Sequence record: NC_026927.1
Strand: one strand, 5' to 3'
DNA: 64,000 bases
Shown: in pieces, positions 36,509 through 46,060 of the stretch
Layout of the letters: each line of letters begins with the position of its first letter
Position numbering within the stretch: position 1 is the stretch's first letter
Notes under the pieces: model-generated
The model's database searches: none
What the model saw: only the letters and a program-made list of their open reading frames with translations
What the model was told of the DNA's origin: nothing
Program-made: the position numbers and the translations under genes

Positions 36509-36594
36509 GGTATTGGTAGCGTTTTCAGGGGTGAATAAACTACCAATACCAATCTAAACTCATAGAAAACCACTCCTCATGGGGTGGTTTTTTT
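36509..36594 (+). ncRNA. candidate stand-alone small RNA
   Basis: perfect 11-bp stem GGTATTGGTAG/CTACCAATACC with a 20-nt loop, then a terminator; no ORF. Confidence 0.5.
36567..36594 (+). terminator. intrinsic terminator
   Basis: AAAACCACTCC-TCAT-GGGGTGGTTTT then T-run. Confidence 0.75.
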
Positions 36595-36628
36595 GTGCGC
36601 GTATAACTAGTGTAACTTGGGTTACATT

Positions 36629-36925
36629 ATGAAAGCCGACGCACAACTAGAACACCACGCCAATTGCTGGAATGCTATTCGAAATAATGATAAGGAATAC
36701 TTTAAGATAGGAGTTGGTGTTTATAAAACTATCAACGCTGATAGGGAATACTATATCAATAGTCGTATTGAAACTGATAAGAATAGTGATATATCGGAGA
36801 TGGATCAAGTGAAAGAAGCCCACTCCAAACACTTAAGTTATTTTATTGGATACAAATCAGAAGTAACAGTTGAAGCTATCAGTAGTGATTGGAAATCTAC
36901 CCTATACCGGGTTACTACCTGCTAG
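36629..36925 (+). CDS. hypothetical protein
   Basis: [14 protein letters not shown]...; start moved to ATG 36629. Confidence 0.6.
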   Translation: MKADAQLEHHANCWNAIRNNDKEYFKIGVGVYKTINADREYYINSRIETDKNSDISEMDQVKEAHSKHLSYFIGYKSEVTVEAISSDWKSTLYRVTTC

Positions 36926-36957
36926 GGTGTGTTATAATAGATGAAATGCATGTTGTG

Positions 36958-37956
36958 ATGAAAGCTTTAATCTCTGGTATAACTGGGCAGGATGGATCCT
37001 ATCTTGCTGAACTTCTACTGAAGAAGGGGTATGAAGTCCATGGTATTATTCGTAGAACCTCCTCGTTTAATACAGGAAGAATCGATCATATCTTCGATCA
37101 GTTACACCTCCACTACGGGGATTTGACTGACTCCCTGAACATAGTCTCTATCATTAAGGAAGTAGAACCTGATGAGATCTACAACCTAGGGGCACAGAGT
37201 CATGTGAAAGTATCTTTCGAGGAACCTGAATATACAGCACAGACTGATGCTCTGGGAACCCTAAGAGTATTGGAGGCAGTTCGTCTCCTAGGTATGACAG
37301 ATAGGGTCCGTATCTACCAGGCATCCACCAGTGAGTTGTATGGGTTGGTACAAGAGACACCACAGAAAGAAACAACACCTTTCTACCCACGATCTCCATA
37401 TGGCGTAGCTAAACTCTATGGATATTGGATTGTAAAGAACTACAGAGAGAGTTATGGGATGCACGCCAGTAGTGGTATTCTATTCAACCATGAGTCACCA
37501 CGACGGGGTGAGACTTTCGTAACCCGTAAGATTACTAGGGGACTATCCCGTATTAGTACAGGACTACAGGATTGTCTATACCTAGGTAATCTAAACTCAA
37601 GACGAGATTGGGGTCATGCTGAAGACTATGTGGAGGCTATGTGGTTGATGTTACAACAGGAAACTCCTGATGACTATGTGATTGCCACAGGTAAAGAGTA
37701 TTCAGTGAAGGACTTTGTAGAGGCATCTGCTGAATACTTTGGTATGAAGATTGAGTGGCAGGGTGAAGGATTGGATGAAGTGGGTATAGATAGATTTACA
37801 AAGAAGGTTGTCGTTCGTGTGAGTGACAAATACTTCAGACCAGCAGAGGTTGAAACTCTCTGGGGTGATCCCACTAAGGCTAAAGAGGTATTGGGTTGGA
37901 AACCTAAGCATACCTTTGCTTCCCTAGTAGAAGATATGTGTATCTACGGTCAGTAA
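36958..37956 (+). CDS. gmd: GDP-mannose 4,6-dehydratase
   Basis: [60 protein letters not shown]; start moved to ATG 36958. Confidence 0.97.
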   Translation: MKALISGITGQDGSYLAELLLKKGYEVHGIIRRTSSFNTGRIDHIFDQLHLHYGDLTDSLNIVSIIKEVEPDEIYNLGAQSHVKVSFEEPEYTAQTDALGTLRVLEAVRLLGMTDRVRIYQASTSELYGLVQETPQKETTPFYPRSPYGVAKLYGYWIVKNYRESYGMHASSGILFNHESPRRGETFVTRKITRGLSRISTGLQDCLYLGNLNSRRDWGHAEDYVEAMWLMLQQETPDDYVIATGKEYSVKDFVEASAEYFGMKIEWQGEGLDEVGIDRFTKKVVVRVSDKYFRPAEVETLWGDPTKAKEVLGWKPKHTFASLVEDMCIYGQ

Positions 37957-37958
37957 TT

Positions 37959-38885
37959 ATGGAAAAAGGTGCAACGGTAGCAGTATTTGGTTCGGGTGGA
38001 TTGGCTGGAAGTGCCATCACCAGGGCACTCAGGTGTTCTTTTGGGGGGTATAAGATTCTTACTCCTAGGAGTAAAGAACTAGACCTAAGAGAACAAGCAG
38101 ATGTTCGTAGTTGGTTTAAGCATAACAAAGTTGATTATGTATTCTTAGCTGCTGCTTTAGTTGGTGGTATCATGGCTAACAAGACTAGAAAGGCAGAGTT
38201 CTTACATGACAATCTAATGATGCAGTGTAATGTAATTGACTCTGCATACTATAGTGGAGTGAAGAAACTTCTATTCCTAGGTACTTCTTGTATCTATCCA
38301 GCAGGAAGGCACCATCCACTAGTGGAACATGAACTACTCACAGGACTATTAGAACCAACCAATGACGCATACGCAATCGCAAAGATCGCAGGGATCAAAC
38401 AATGTGACTTCTACCGAGAACAATATGGATTTGATGCTATCTCTATCATGCCTCCTAATCTATATGGTCCTGGAGATAATTTCAATGAGGGATCAGGACA
38501 TGTCCTCGCCTCATTGATGAATAGGTTTCACCTAGCGAAGGAAGCAGGTGCATCTAGAGTTGAATGTTGGGGTGATGGGACACCTATGAGGGAGTTCCTA
38601 TATGTGGATGACTTAGCAGATGCTTCCTTATACTTTATGGATAGTTATAGTGAGTCTGGGCACATTAATACTGGGACTGGTAGGGATGTAACTATCAAAC
38701 AACTAGCGGAGACTATTGCTGATGTAGTTGGATACAAAGGTGAGATAGGTTGGGATACAACTAAACCCAACGGAAACCCAAGGAAACTACTTGACAGCAG
38801 TAGGGCAAACCTGTTAGGATGGGAACCCAAGGTTAAATTTGAAGACGGAATCAAACTCACATACAACTGGTATCTAGCACAATGA
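37959..38885 (+). CDS. fcl: GDP-4-keto-6-deoxy-sugar epimerase/reductase (Fcl/WcaG or ColC type)
   Basis: AALVGGI.AN, FLGTSCIYP, LEPTN..YAIAK, PPNLYGP.DNF, HV, WGDG.P.REFL.VDD. Confidence 0.92.
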   Translation: MEKGATVAVFGSGGLAGSAITRALRCSFGGYKILTPRSKELDLREQADVRSWFKHNKVDYVFLAAALVGGIMANKTRKAEFLHDNLMMQCNVIDSAYYSGVKKLLFLGTSCIYPAGRHHPLVEHELLTGLLEPTNDAYAIAKIAGIKQCDFYREQYGFDAISIMPPNLYGPGDNFNEGSGHVLASLMNRFHLAKEAGASRVECWGDGTPMREFLYVDDLADASLYFMDSYSESGHINTGTGRDVTIKQLAETIADVVGYKGEIGWDTTKPNGNPRKLLDSSRANLLGWEPKVKFEDGIKLTYNWYLAQ

Positions 38886-40075
38886 CAAAGATTACAAATG
38901 GATATACGTGGCCTCTTATGAAGGACACTGTGACCAAGAGAGATAGGTTGAGGATGGCAAAGTTTATCCTCACCAGTGATAGACTAACACAAGGTAAAGA
39001 AGTTCGTAAGTTTGAGGAGCAGTGGAGTGAGTGGCTTGGAGTTAAACATTCTCTTTTTGTTAGCAGTGGCAGTACCGCTAACCTACTTCTTGTGTCTGCT
39101 TGGAAGGAATTATACGAGATCCCAGACCAGTCGAAAGTAATTGTACCTGCTTGTACTTGGGTAACTAATGTTGCTCCTATCATTCAGTGTGGTTTGACTC
39201 CAATCTTTTGTGACATCAACTTAGAAGACTACTCCTTTGATCTGGATAAACTACAGGATATTCGTGATGAATATCACGATGACATCAGAGGTATCTTTGT
39301 TACTCACCTCCTAGGATTTCCTGCTAATGTGGAAAAGTTTCGTGATGTTTTCCCCGACGCTCATATTCTAGAAGATGTATGTGAGAGTCACGGAGCAGTC
39401 CTCCCTAGTGGTGATAAGGCGGGAACCTTTGATGTTGGTGGCACATTTAGTTTCTACTTTGGGCACCACATGACTACCATTGAAGGTGGTATGGTGAGTA
39501 CTAATGATCCAGAACTCTATGATCTAATGAGAATGAAGCGTTCTCATGGGTTAGCGAGAGAATCACTATACTTTGAAACATACAAAGAGAAGTATCCTGA
39601 TGTAAATCCACAGTTTCTCTTCGTTACTGAGGGATATAACTTCCGTAATACTGATCTAGCTGCTGTATTAGGACAGTCTCAACTGAAGAGACTAGACAGT
39701 ATGATTGGGATTCGTAACAGGAACTATGAGTTATACCAACAATTACTAAAGAAACACGAACATGACCTTACACATGAGTATGGTGGTTCTTTCTATATCC
39801 CCTCCACACAGGGGGATGTAAGTAGTTTCTGTTTTCCATTTGTAGTTGATAATATGCACTGCTATCTTAAGTTAAAAGAACTTCTAGAAGAATACTATGT
39901 TGAGTATCGACCTATTGTGAGTGGTAACCTCCTACGACAACCATTCTTGAGAGAATATTCTGCTGAGTGTCCCAAGGCAGATATAGCCCATGAAAAGGGA
40001 CTATATATTGGGAATAATCACTTTGTAGATGAGTCTAACTTTCACATGCTAGATGAGATTTTGAGCCAACTTTGA
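38882..40075 (+). CDS. PLP-dependent DegT-family enzyme, ColD-type GDP-4-keto-6-deoxymannose 3-dehydratase candidate
   Basis: VSSGSTANLL, EDVCESHGA, TFSFYFGHHMTTIEGG (His at the usual Schiff-base Lys), GYNFR. Confidence 0.8.
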   Translation: MTKITNGYTWPLMKDTVTKRDRLRMAKFILTSDRLTQGKEVRKFEEQWSEWLGVKHSLFVSSGSTANLLLVSAWKELYEIPDQSKVIVPACTWVTNVAPIIQCGLTPIFCDINLEDYSFDLDKLQDIRDEYHDDIRGIFVTHLLGFPANVEKFRDVFPDAHILEDVCESHGAVLPSGDKAGTFDVGGTFSFYFGHHMTTIEGGMVSTNDPELYDLMRMKRSHGLARESLYFETYKEKYPDVNPQFLFVTEGYNFRNTDLAAVLGQSQLKRLDSMIGIRNRNYELYQQLLKKHEHDLTHEYGGSFYIPSTQGDVSSFCFPFVVDNMHCYLKLKELLEEYYVEYRPIVSGNLLRQPFLREYSAECPKADIAHEKGLYIGNNHFVDESNFHMLDEILSQL

Positions 40076-40076
40076 T

Positions 40077-40871
40077 ATGACATTTTCATTTAATCATATG
40101 GGCAACTTGGGGCATCTGGGAAACCAGATGTTTCAGTATGCCGCACTCATTGGTATGGGGGCTAAGCATGGGAGGAGTATTTGTATCCCCCATAAACAAA
40201 GTTTTGGGCAATCATACTACCAGGATCTTCGTAGTAATATCTACGATGCTTTCAACCTCTCACCCAATGGTGTAGGTATCAGTAGGTTCCCCACAGTTCA
40301 GGAAGGTAGTTTCCACTTTGATGAAAACTTATTTGAGAACCCACCAGAGGAGAACTGTAACCTCTATGGATTCTTCCAGAGTGAAAAGTGGTTCTCACAT
40401 ATCAAAGAAGGTATTAAGAAAGAGTTCACTCTAAAGGATGAATACCGGGAAGTGGCACAACTGATGAGAGAACAACTCTCTGGTCAGGTTGTTGCTATTC
40501 ATGTTCGTAGAACTGACTACCTATCCAATCCAAACCACGGAGCATTGGGTTTAGATTACTATGAGAAGGCACTGGAGTTGGTTCCTAATAACCTTACAGT
40601 AGTTGTATTCACTGATGATCCAGAGTGGGCTAAAGAACAACCACTCTTTCCAGATGATAGGTTCTTTGTATCAGAGACAGACTGTCCCTATACAGACCTT
40701 GCTCTTATGAGTATGTGTGATTATCATATTATTGCCAACAGTTCATACTCTTGGTGGGGTGCATACTTATCTGATAGTAAGAAAGTAATTGCTCCTAAAC
40801 AGTGGTTTGGGGAACCACTTAAAACAAATAACCTGAAAGATCTTTATTGTGATGGGTGGGTGAAACTATGA
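40077..40871 (+). CDS. GT11-family glycosyltransferase (alpha-1,2-fucosyl/colitosyltransferase-like)
   Basis: GHLGNQMFQYA, GFFQSEKWF, IHVRRTDY, DYYEKA, VFTDD, IIANSSYSWWGAYL. Confidence 0.92.
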   Translation: MTFSFNHMGNLGHLGNQMFQYAALIGMGAKHGRSICIPHKQSFGQSYYQDLRSNIYDAFNLSPNGVGISRFPTVQEGSFHFDENLFENPPEENCNLYGFFQSEKWFSHIKEGIKKEFTLKDEYREVAQLMREQLSGQVVAIHVRRTDYLSNPNHGALGLDYYEKALELVPNNLTVVVFTDDPEWAKEQPLFPDDRFFVSETDCPYTDLALMSMCDYHIIANSSYSWWGAYLSDSKKVIAPKQWFGEPLKTNNLKDLYCDGWVKL

Positions 40872-41491
40872 GTAACTTTGCAAGTGCTAAACAGTTTATC
40901 AAGAATGGTATTGATACACAACAGGAGTCTATCTCTGGTGGTGGCAGCACTATGGCTTCCACAGTTGCCTTCAGATACTTCCTACCAAAGTATATCAAAC
41001 AGTATGGTATTGAGAGTATCTTAGACATTGGGTGTGGTGACTGGCATTGGATGTCTACTATCAGAGAAGAGTTTCCTGATGTAGACTATGAGGGATGGGA
41101 TGCCTCTGAGGATATGATTAATCCCATGACTGAGAAGTATGGAACAGAGAATACCAGGTTTGAGGTAAAGGATATCATTGATAACAAGTATCCCAAAGTG
41201 GATTTGGTTATCGCTCGTGATGTTCTATTCCACCTCAAAGAAGATTACCTAAAGAAGGTTCTCAAGAATATCAGTAAGGCAGGTGTGAAGTATCTACTAG
41301 CAACTACCTTCCCAGGTTTACCTAAGAACGAAGAACTCACTCCTAAGAAATATGACGGTTGGGGATTCAGACCAATCAATCTGGATATCGAGCCTTATAA
41401 TATGAAAGATTATTGTATCAATGATTTCAAGGAAACCACAGCCCCCAACAGGGGGTATCATCGTCATGTGTATTTGTATGAGGTAAAATGA
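40868..41491 (+). CDS. class I SAM-dependent methyltransferase
   Basis: ILDIGCGD, YEGWD, DLVIARDVLFHL. Confidence 0.85.
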   Translation: MSNFASAKQFIKNGIDTQQESISGGGSTMASTVAFRYFLPKYIKQYGIESILDIGCGDWHWMSTIREEFPDVDYEGWDASEDMINPMTEKYGTENTRFEVKDIIDNKYPKVDLVIARDVLFHLKEDYLKKVLKNISKAGVKYLLATTFPGLPKNEELTPKKYDGWGFRPINLDIEPYNMKDYCINDFKETTAPNRGYHRHVYLYEVK

Positions 41492-41640
41492 AGATCGAAA
41501 TTGAACTCTCTAAAGATGTAGAATACAAAGGAGAGAAACTAGGTGAGTATATCTGGAACCTAGAAGAGGGAATTAATCATGTTACTGGCTTTGGTGATTC
41601 ACTTGAGGAATGTTTTAAGGAAATTGTGAGGTTTAGATGA
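41488..41640 (+). CDS. small hypothetical protein (50 aa)
   Basis: ATGA overlaps at both ends, GAGG SD. Confidence 0.55.
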   Translation: MKIEIELSKDVEYKGEKLGEYIWNLEEGINHVTGFGDSLEECFKEIVRFR

Positions 41641-42368
41641 AGAAAGTAGCTATTATTTTTATTGGAACAGGTAGATACCTAGAGTTTCTACCAAAGTATT
41701 ATGAACAGGCAGAAGCAAACCTCTTCCCTGACAGACCCAAACACTACTATGTGTTTACTGATGGTGACTTAGGTAATGAACTACCTGACAATGTAACTGT
41801 ATACGAACAGGAACATCTCCAATGGCCATACATCACCCTCTATCGTTTCGGTATTATCCAGAAACACCTAGAGGAGATTGAGAAGGAGTGTGGTTTCCTA
41901 CTCTTTATGGATGCTGATACACAGGTAGTATCCCCTGTATCGTTCGATGAAGTATTCAAGAAGGGAAAACCCTATACAGGTGTTCATCACCCCTGCCACG
42001 CCCTGAATATGCCACCACACAATGAGTTTCCTGGTAGTCTAGAAACTAATACAGCATCCAAGGCAGCATGTAAACCTGGTGATGACTTCTCTGTATATTG
42101 GCAAGGTTGTGTATGGGGTGGAAACATCAAGGGTGCTCGTAAGATTATTGATACTCTCCACCACAGAACTAAACAAGATGAGGAGAATGGAATCATTGCT
42201 AAGTGGCATGATGAAAGTCATATCAATAGATACTTCCTTGACAACAAAGATAAGGTGAATACCCTATCACCTAGTTTCGCATACCCAGAGTCCTTCACTG
42301 AGTATATGGAAGACTACGAACCTAAGATTGTACACCTAGCAAAAGAGAATTCTAAGTATCAGGTATGA
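41637..42368 (+). CDS. GT6-family glycosyltransferase (ABO/alpha-1,3-Gal(NAc) transferase-like)
   Basis: IFIGTGRYLEF, YYVFTD, FMDAD (DXD), YWQGCVWGG, WHDESHINRY. Confidence 0.9.
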   Translation: MKKVAIIFIGTGRYLEFLPKYYEQAEANLFPDRPKHYYVFTDGDLGNELPDNVTVYEQEHLQWPYITLYRFGIIQKHLEEIEKECGFLLFMDADTQVVSPVSFDEVFKKGKPYTGVHHPCHALNMPPHNEFPGSLETNTASKAACKPGDDFSVYWQGCVWGGNIKGARKIIDTLHHRTKQDEENGIIAKWHDESHINRYFLDNKDKVNTLSPSFAYPESFTEYMEDYEPKIVHLAKENSKYQV

Positions 42369-42988
42369 GTTACTTCACAGATTATGACAACGAATTCACA
42401 GTATTCGAGGCACCAAAGAACGGGGGAACTACTCTCCGTCTTTGGATATACTACGCAGGAACAGGGGAGTTGGTGAAGTCAGCGGAGTCTGAATACTACG
42501 CTGGCACTGGAGAAACATACAAACAACTCCAAGAGTGGGGTTATGTGAATGGGGAATACGAGAACCCCAAGACCCAGATGGTATGTATCAAGAGAGACCC
42601 TGTAGATAGGTTTGTAAGTGCCTTCTATGATAAGGTAATCAAAGAGGGGAGAATCAAAGTAACCATCGATGAGTTTCTCTCAAACTATGAAGAGATACTT
42701 GATAAGTCTACCCTCAAGATGAATGATGGTAAGACTAACTTCATGAAGTTTCACTTTGAGTCACAGACATATCACTTCGGTAAAGATAAAGATCTATATC
42801 ATAAGGTCTTTGATATCTCAGAGGTTGGTACTGGTCTGAAGAAGTATCTGGAGGGTAAGTGGAATATAGAACTACCTGATGTCCATGCTAGAAATAGTGG
42901 TGGTGGTCGGAAGTTTGATCTCTCCAGGGGACAACTGAATAAGGTGAAGGAAATCTACACACAGGACTATTATAATGGCTGGTACTGA
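42365..42988 (+). CDS. sulfotransferase (Sulfotransfer_2-like)
   Basis: 5'-PSB-like APKNGGTTL and 3'-PB-like RDPVDRFVSAF; H...Q. Confidence 0.75.
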   Translation: MSYFTDYDNEFTVFEAPKNGGTTLRLWIYYAGTGELVKSAESEYYAGTGETYKQLQEWGYVNGEYENPKTQMVCIKRDPVDRFVSAFYDKVIKEGRIKVTIDEFLSNYEEILDKSTLKMNDGKTNFMKFHFESQTYHFGKDKDLYHKVFDISEVGTGLKKYLEGKWNIELPDVHARNSGGGRKFDLSRGQLNKVKEIYTQDYYNGWY

Positions 42989-43760
42989 AGGATATATCCT
43001 GATAGGTATTGGTGATAGGTATCTACAGATGACAGAGAACCTCACTAAAACTCTAAAGAAACATGGAGATAATAGAGGATCCCTAACTATCACAAGATCG
43101 GATAATAGGGAACTCTATAGTGAGTGTAACACTGAGTTTGAGAGGAATGGAACTCTACCTAAGATTACCTTAGATAGATACTTACCTTTTGATCACAATA
43201 TATTCCTAGATGCTGATATGTTATGTGTAGGTGATACACAACATGTATGGGATCTATTCAGGAGTAGTGATCAGTTTGTTCAACAGGTAGGATGTTTGGG
43301 AAGAGATCCTAACTTCCACGCTCACCAGTATGAGAGTGAGTTGGGTTTTGAGATTCCTAGAGTCCATGGTGGTTGTATCTACATCAATAGAGAGAAACTA
43401 GACCCAGGGTTCTTTCCCTATATGAGAGAGTGTTTCCTAAACTATAAACAAATATTTCATAATAGTGGTCTAACCTATAAGAATAGTAGACCAGATCAAC
43501 CACTATACGCTCTAGCAAATGGTATGTGGGGATTCAAACCTGTGGATCTATACACTAACCCTATCATGACTATTGTGAATGATAGCACCCCACCCCCACT
43601 AGATAGTGTGTTCTTCAATAAGAAGAGGGGTCCTAAGTTAGATACTCCTGTTCCCTTTGTTCATGTATTCCGTGGAGAAGAGGGTATGTCTAGGGGTTAT
43701 ACTAGAGGTGACCAGAAGATGTTGTTGTCCCATTATGATTACTACCTGAACTATGAATAA
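42975..43760 (+). CDS. GT-A fold glycosyltransferase-like protein (GT8-like)
   Basis: PKI.LD, IFLDADML, GG...IN, DQP. Confidence 0.6.
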   Translation: MAGTEGYILIGIGDRYLQMTENLTKTLKKHGDNRGSLTITRSDNRELYSECNTEFERNGTLPKITLDRYLPFDHNIFLDADMLCVGDTQHVWDLFRSSDQFVQQVGCLGRDPNFHAHQYESELGFEIPRVHGGCIYINREKLDPGFFPYMRECFLNYKQIFHNSGLTYKNSRPDQPLYALANGMWGFKPVDLYTNPIMTIVNDSTPPPLDSVFFNKKRGPKLDTPVPFVHVFRGEEGMSRGYTRGDQKMLLSHYDYYLNYE

Positions 43761-44541
43761 AACTATATGGATGTGTTGGTTCCAGGGTTGGGATAAGGCA
43801 CCAGAGATTACAGAGAAGTGTTTAGAGTCCTGGAAACACTACAATAGTGATTGGGATATTGTTCTACTAGATGAATCCAACTACAAGGATTACATCTCCA
43901 TTGATAAAGAACTACCAGGACTGAAGACAAACTATATCTCACTGGGTGATATCCTTCGTCTCTTTCTACTAAAAGAGCATGGTGGAGTATGGGCAGATGC
44001 AACTATCTTCTGCAACAAACCAGTGGATTGGGTTTTGGATTATGAGGATTCTTTCATCTTCACCAGGAAGGATAAGATGATTGCCTCTTGGTTTGTTGCT
44101 GCTCAGAAAGATTCCCATGTTGTAGATGTATGGTATAATAAGATGTTAGAGTTCTGGAAGTATCGTATGGAAAATACAGATACTTTCGAGCAACAATATG
44201 GTTGGATACACGCTTTGTTCCGTCAGTCCTACGCTCAGGATAATGGGTTCAGGGATATTGTAGATAGTATGGATAAGATTGATTGCATGAGTGATGGTCA
44301 ATCTAGAGGTAAGGGTCCGCACTTCTTTGCACCCTACAGTAAATACTTCTACAACCCTATCAGTGACACGATAAAGAATCGTATAGACTCTAAAGTTGAT
44401 CCACTATATAAGTTGTCTTACAAGGCAAACACAGACTGGAGAAGTCCAGAGAACAGGGGTATCCACCCAGCAGACCAAAAGATTATGTTGGAATATCCAA
44501 CTAATAGTGAACTACATTATCTACTCAACACATTAAAATGA
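43753..44541 (+). CDS. capsular polysaccharide synthesis / GT32-like DXD glycosyltransferase
   Basis: IWMCWFQG..KAP...CLESW, DILRL.LL..HGGVWADAT. Confidence 0.85.
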   Translation: MNKTIWMCWFQGWDKAPEITEKCLESWKHYNSDWDIVLLDESNYKDYISIDKELPGLKTNYISLGDILRLFLLKEHGGVWADATIFCNKPVDWVLDYEDSFIFTRKDKMIASWFVAAQKDSHVVDVWYNKMLEFWKYRMENTDTFEQQYGWIHALFRQSYAQDNGFRDIVDSMDKIDCMSDGQSRGKGPHFFAPYSKYFYNPISDTIKNRIDSKVDPLYKLSYKANTDWRSPENRGIHPADQKIMLEYPTNSELHYLLNTLK

Positions 44542-45443
44542 CAAATAAATCATTGGTTACCGGTGGCGCGGGTTTCATCGGGTCACATATTGTGGACCGA
44601 CTTATTACACTAGGACATCAAGTCGTAGTGATTGACAATGAATCCTCTGATGGTCATGATGAATACCATTGGAACAGAAGCGGACAAGTACAAAACCATA
44701 AGGCAGACATTCGTGACTACGATGCAATCAAACACTTGTTTGGTGGAGTCAATAATGTTTTTCACCTTGCCGCTAAAGCATCAGTACAGGCGTCAGTAGA
44801 TAACCCCCTACCAACTATTGCCACACAGGTAATGGGAACCGCCAATGTATTGGAGGCAGCACGACAATCTGGTGTGAGTAAGTTTGTATATTCCTCTACT
44901 AGTGCTTGTTATGGTAACAACAACCCCATTCCTAATGTAGAAACGATGAGAGAAGATCCTCTCAACGCCTATGCTATTGGTAAGTTATCTGGGGAACAAC
45001 TAGTTCGTGCCTATCACTACCTCTATGGTATGAAGACGGTGGCATTCCGTTATACCAATGTATATGGGGAGAGGGCAAGACATGTAGGACACTATGCTCC
45101 TGCTGTTAGTAAGTTCCTAAAGATGAGAGCACAGGGAGAACCTCTAACTATCTTTGGTGATGGTGCCCAACGCCGAGACTTTATTCATGTATCTGATGTA
45201 GTCAACGCTAACTGCTGTATTACCTATGAGGAACTAGAGCAGTGGGGTGAGACCTACAACATTGGTTATGGTAAGAACTGGAGTATCCAAGAGATTGCAG
45301 ACTCTATCAGTCAGGAACAGATTCACCTATCTGCTCGTACTGGTGAGATGCGTGAGACGCTTGCTGATATTGGGAAGGCAAAGGCAGAGTTGATGTGGAA
45401 ACCAAAGACTGACATCATGGATTGGATTAGGGTACAACTCTGA
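44538..45443 (+). CDS. NAD-dependent nucleotide-sugar epimerase/dehydratase
   Basis: LVTGGAGFIGSH, FHLAA, YSSTS, YAIGK, RYTNVYG, GDGAQRRDFIHV. Confidence 0.92.
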   Translation: MTNKSLVTGGAGFIGSHIVDRLITLGHQVVVIDNESSDGHDEYHWNRSGQVQNHKADIRDYDAIKHLFGGVNNVFHLAAKASVQASVDNPLPTIATQVMGTANVLEAARQSGVSKFVYSSTSACYGNNNPIPNVETMREDPLNAYAIGKLSGEQLVRAYHYLYGMKTVAFRYTNVYGERARHVGHYAPAVSKFLKMRAQGEPLTIFGDGAQRRDFIHVSDVVNANCCITYEELEQWGETYNIGYGKNWSIQEIADSISQEQIHLSARTGEMRETLADIGKAKAELMWKPKTDIMDWIRVQL

Positions 45444-46060
45444 TGCCAGTATTCCAGAAGGACAACAAGAAAGTTCTATTCATCCATGTTCCCAAGACTG
45501 CGGGGAGTTCTGTGAATAAACTCTTTGTGAATAATGGATATGAAATGTCCTACTATTCTGAGAGTTCTAAAGATCTATACAATGGATTATGTGGACCACA
45601 ACATCTGGACTCACTTCTATTGGAAGATGAGTTCCAAGATTTCTCTCAGTTTGATTATATCTTCTCTATCTTCAGAGACCCAGTAGACAGACATCTATCT
45701 GAGTTCACCTGGGCACCCTGGGGACTAATGGGTAGAAACATCTACACACCAGAAAGATTTGATGAGTGGTGTCCTAAGATATTCAGGGCGTATCAGGACT
45801 CACCATATAGGATGGATAACCACATTAGACCTCAACATGAGTTCTATGTGGATGGATGTGATGTGTATGACTATGAGAATATCGATACACTCACAGAGAA
45901 ACTATGTGATAAAATAGGTCTAGATAATAAAGAGATGCCATATGAAAGGTCTTCACGATATGATAGTGAGGATTATGTCATCTATGAAGATACTTACGAT
46001 TGTATCACTGAATTTTACAAAGGAGACTATCAATGGCAAAAGGATTCAGTCCTGTTGTGA
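45443..46060 (+). CDS. sulfotransferase (Sulfotransfer_2-like)
   Basis: FIHVPKTAGSSV, FRDPVDRHLSEF, HIRPQHEF. Confidence 0.85.
   Translation: MPVFQKDNKKVLFIHVPKTAGSSVNKLFVNNGYEMSYYSESSKDLYNGLCGPQHLDSLLLEDEFQDFSQFDYIFSIFRDPVDRHLSEFTWAPWGLMGRNIYTPERFDEWCPKIFRAYQDSPYRMDNHIRPQHEFYVDGCDVYDYENIDTLTEKLCDKIGLDNKEMPYERSSRYDSEDYVIYEDTYDCITEFYKGDYQWQKDSVLL

Noticed and set aside
38882-40075. Perosamine synthase or ordinary sugar aminotransferase call
   Set aside because: The Schiff-base Lys position is His (FGHHMTTIEGG), the dehydratase signature.
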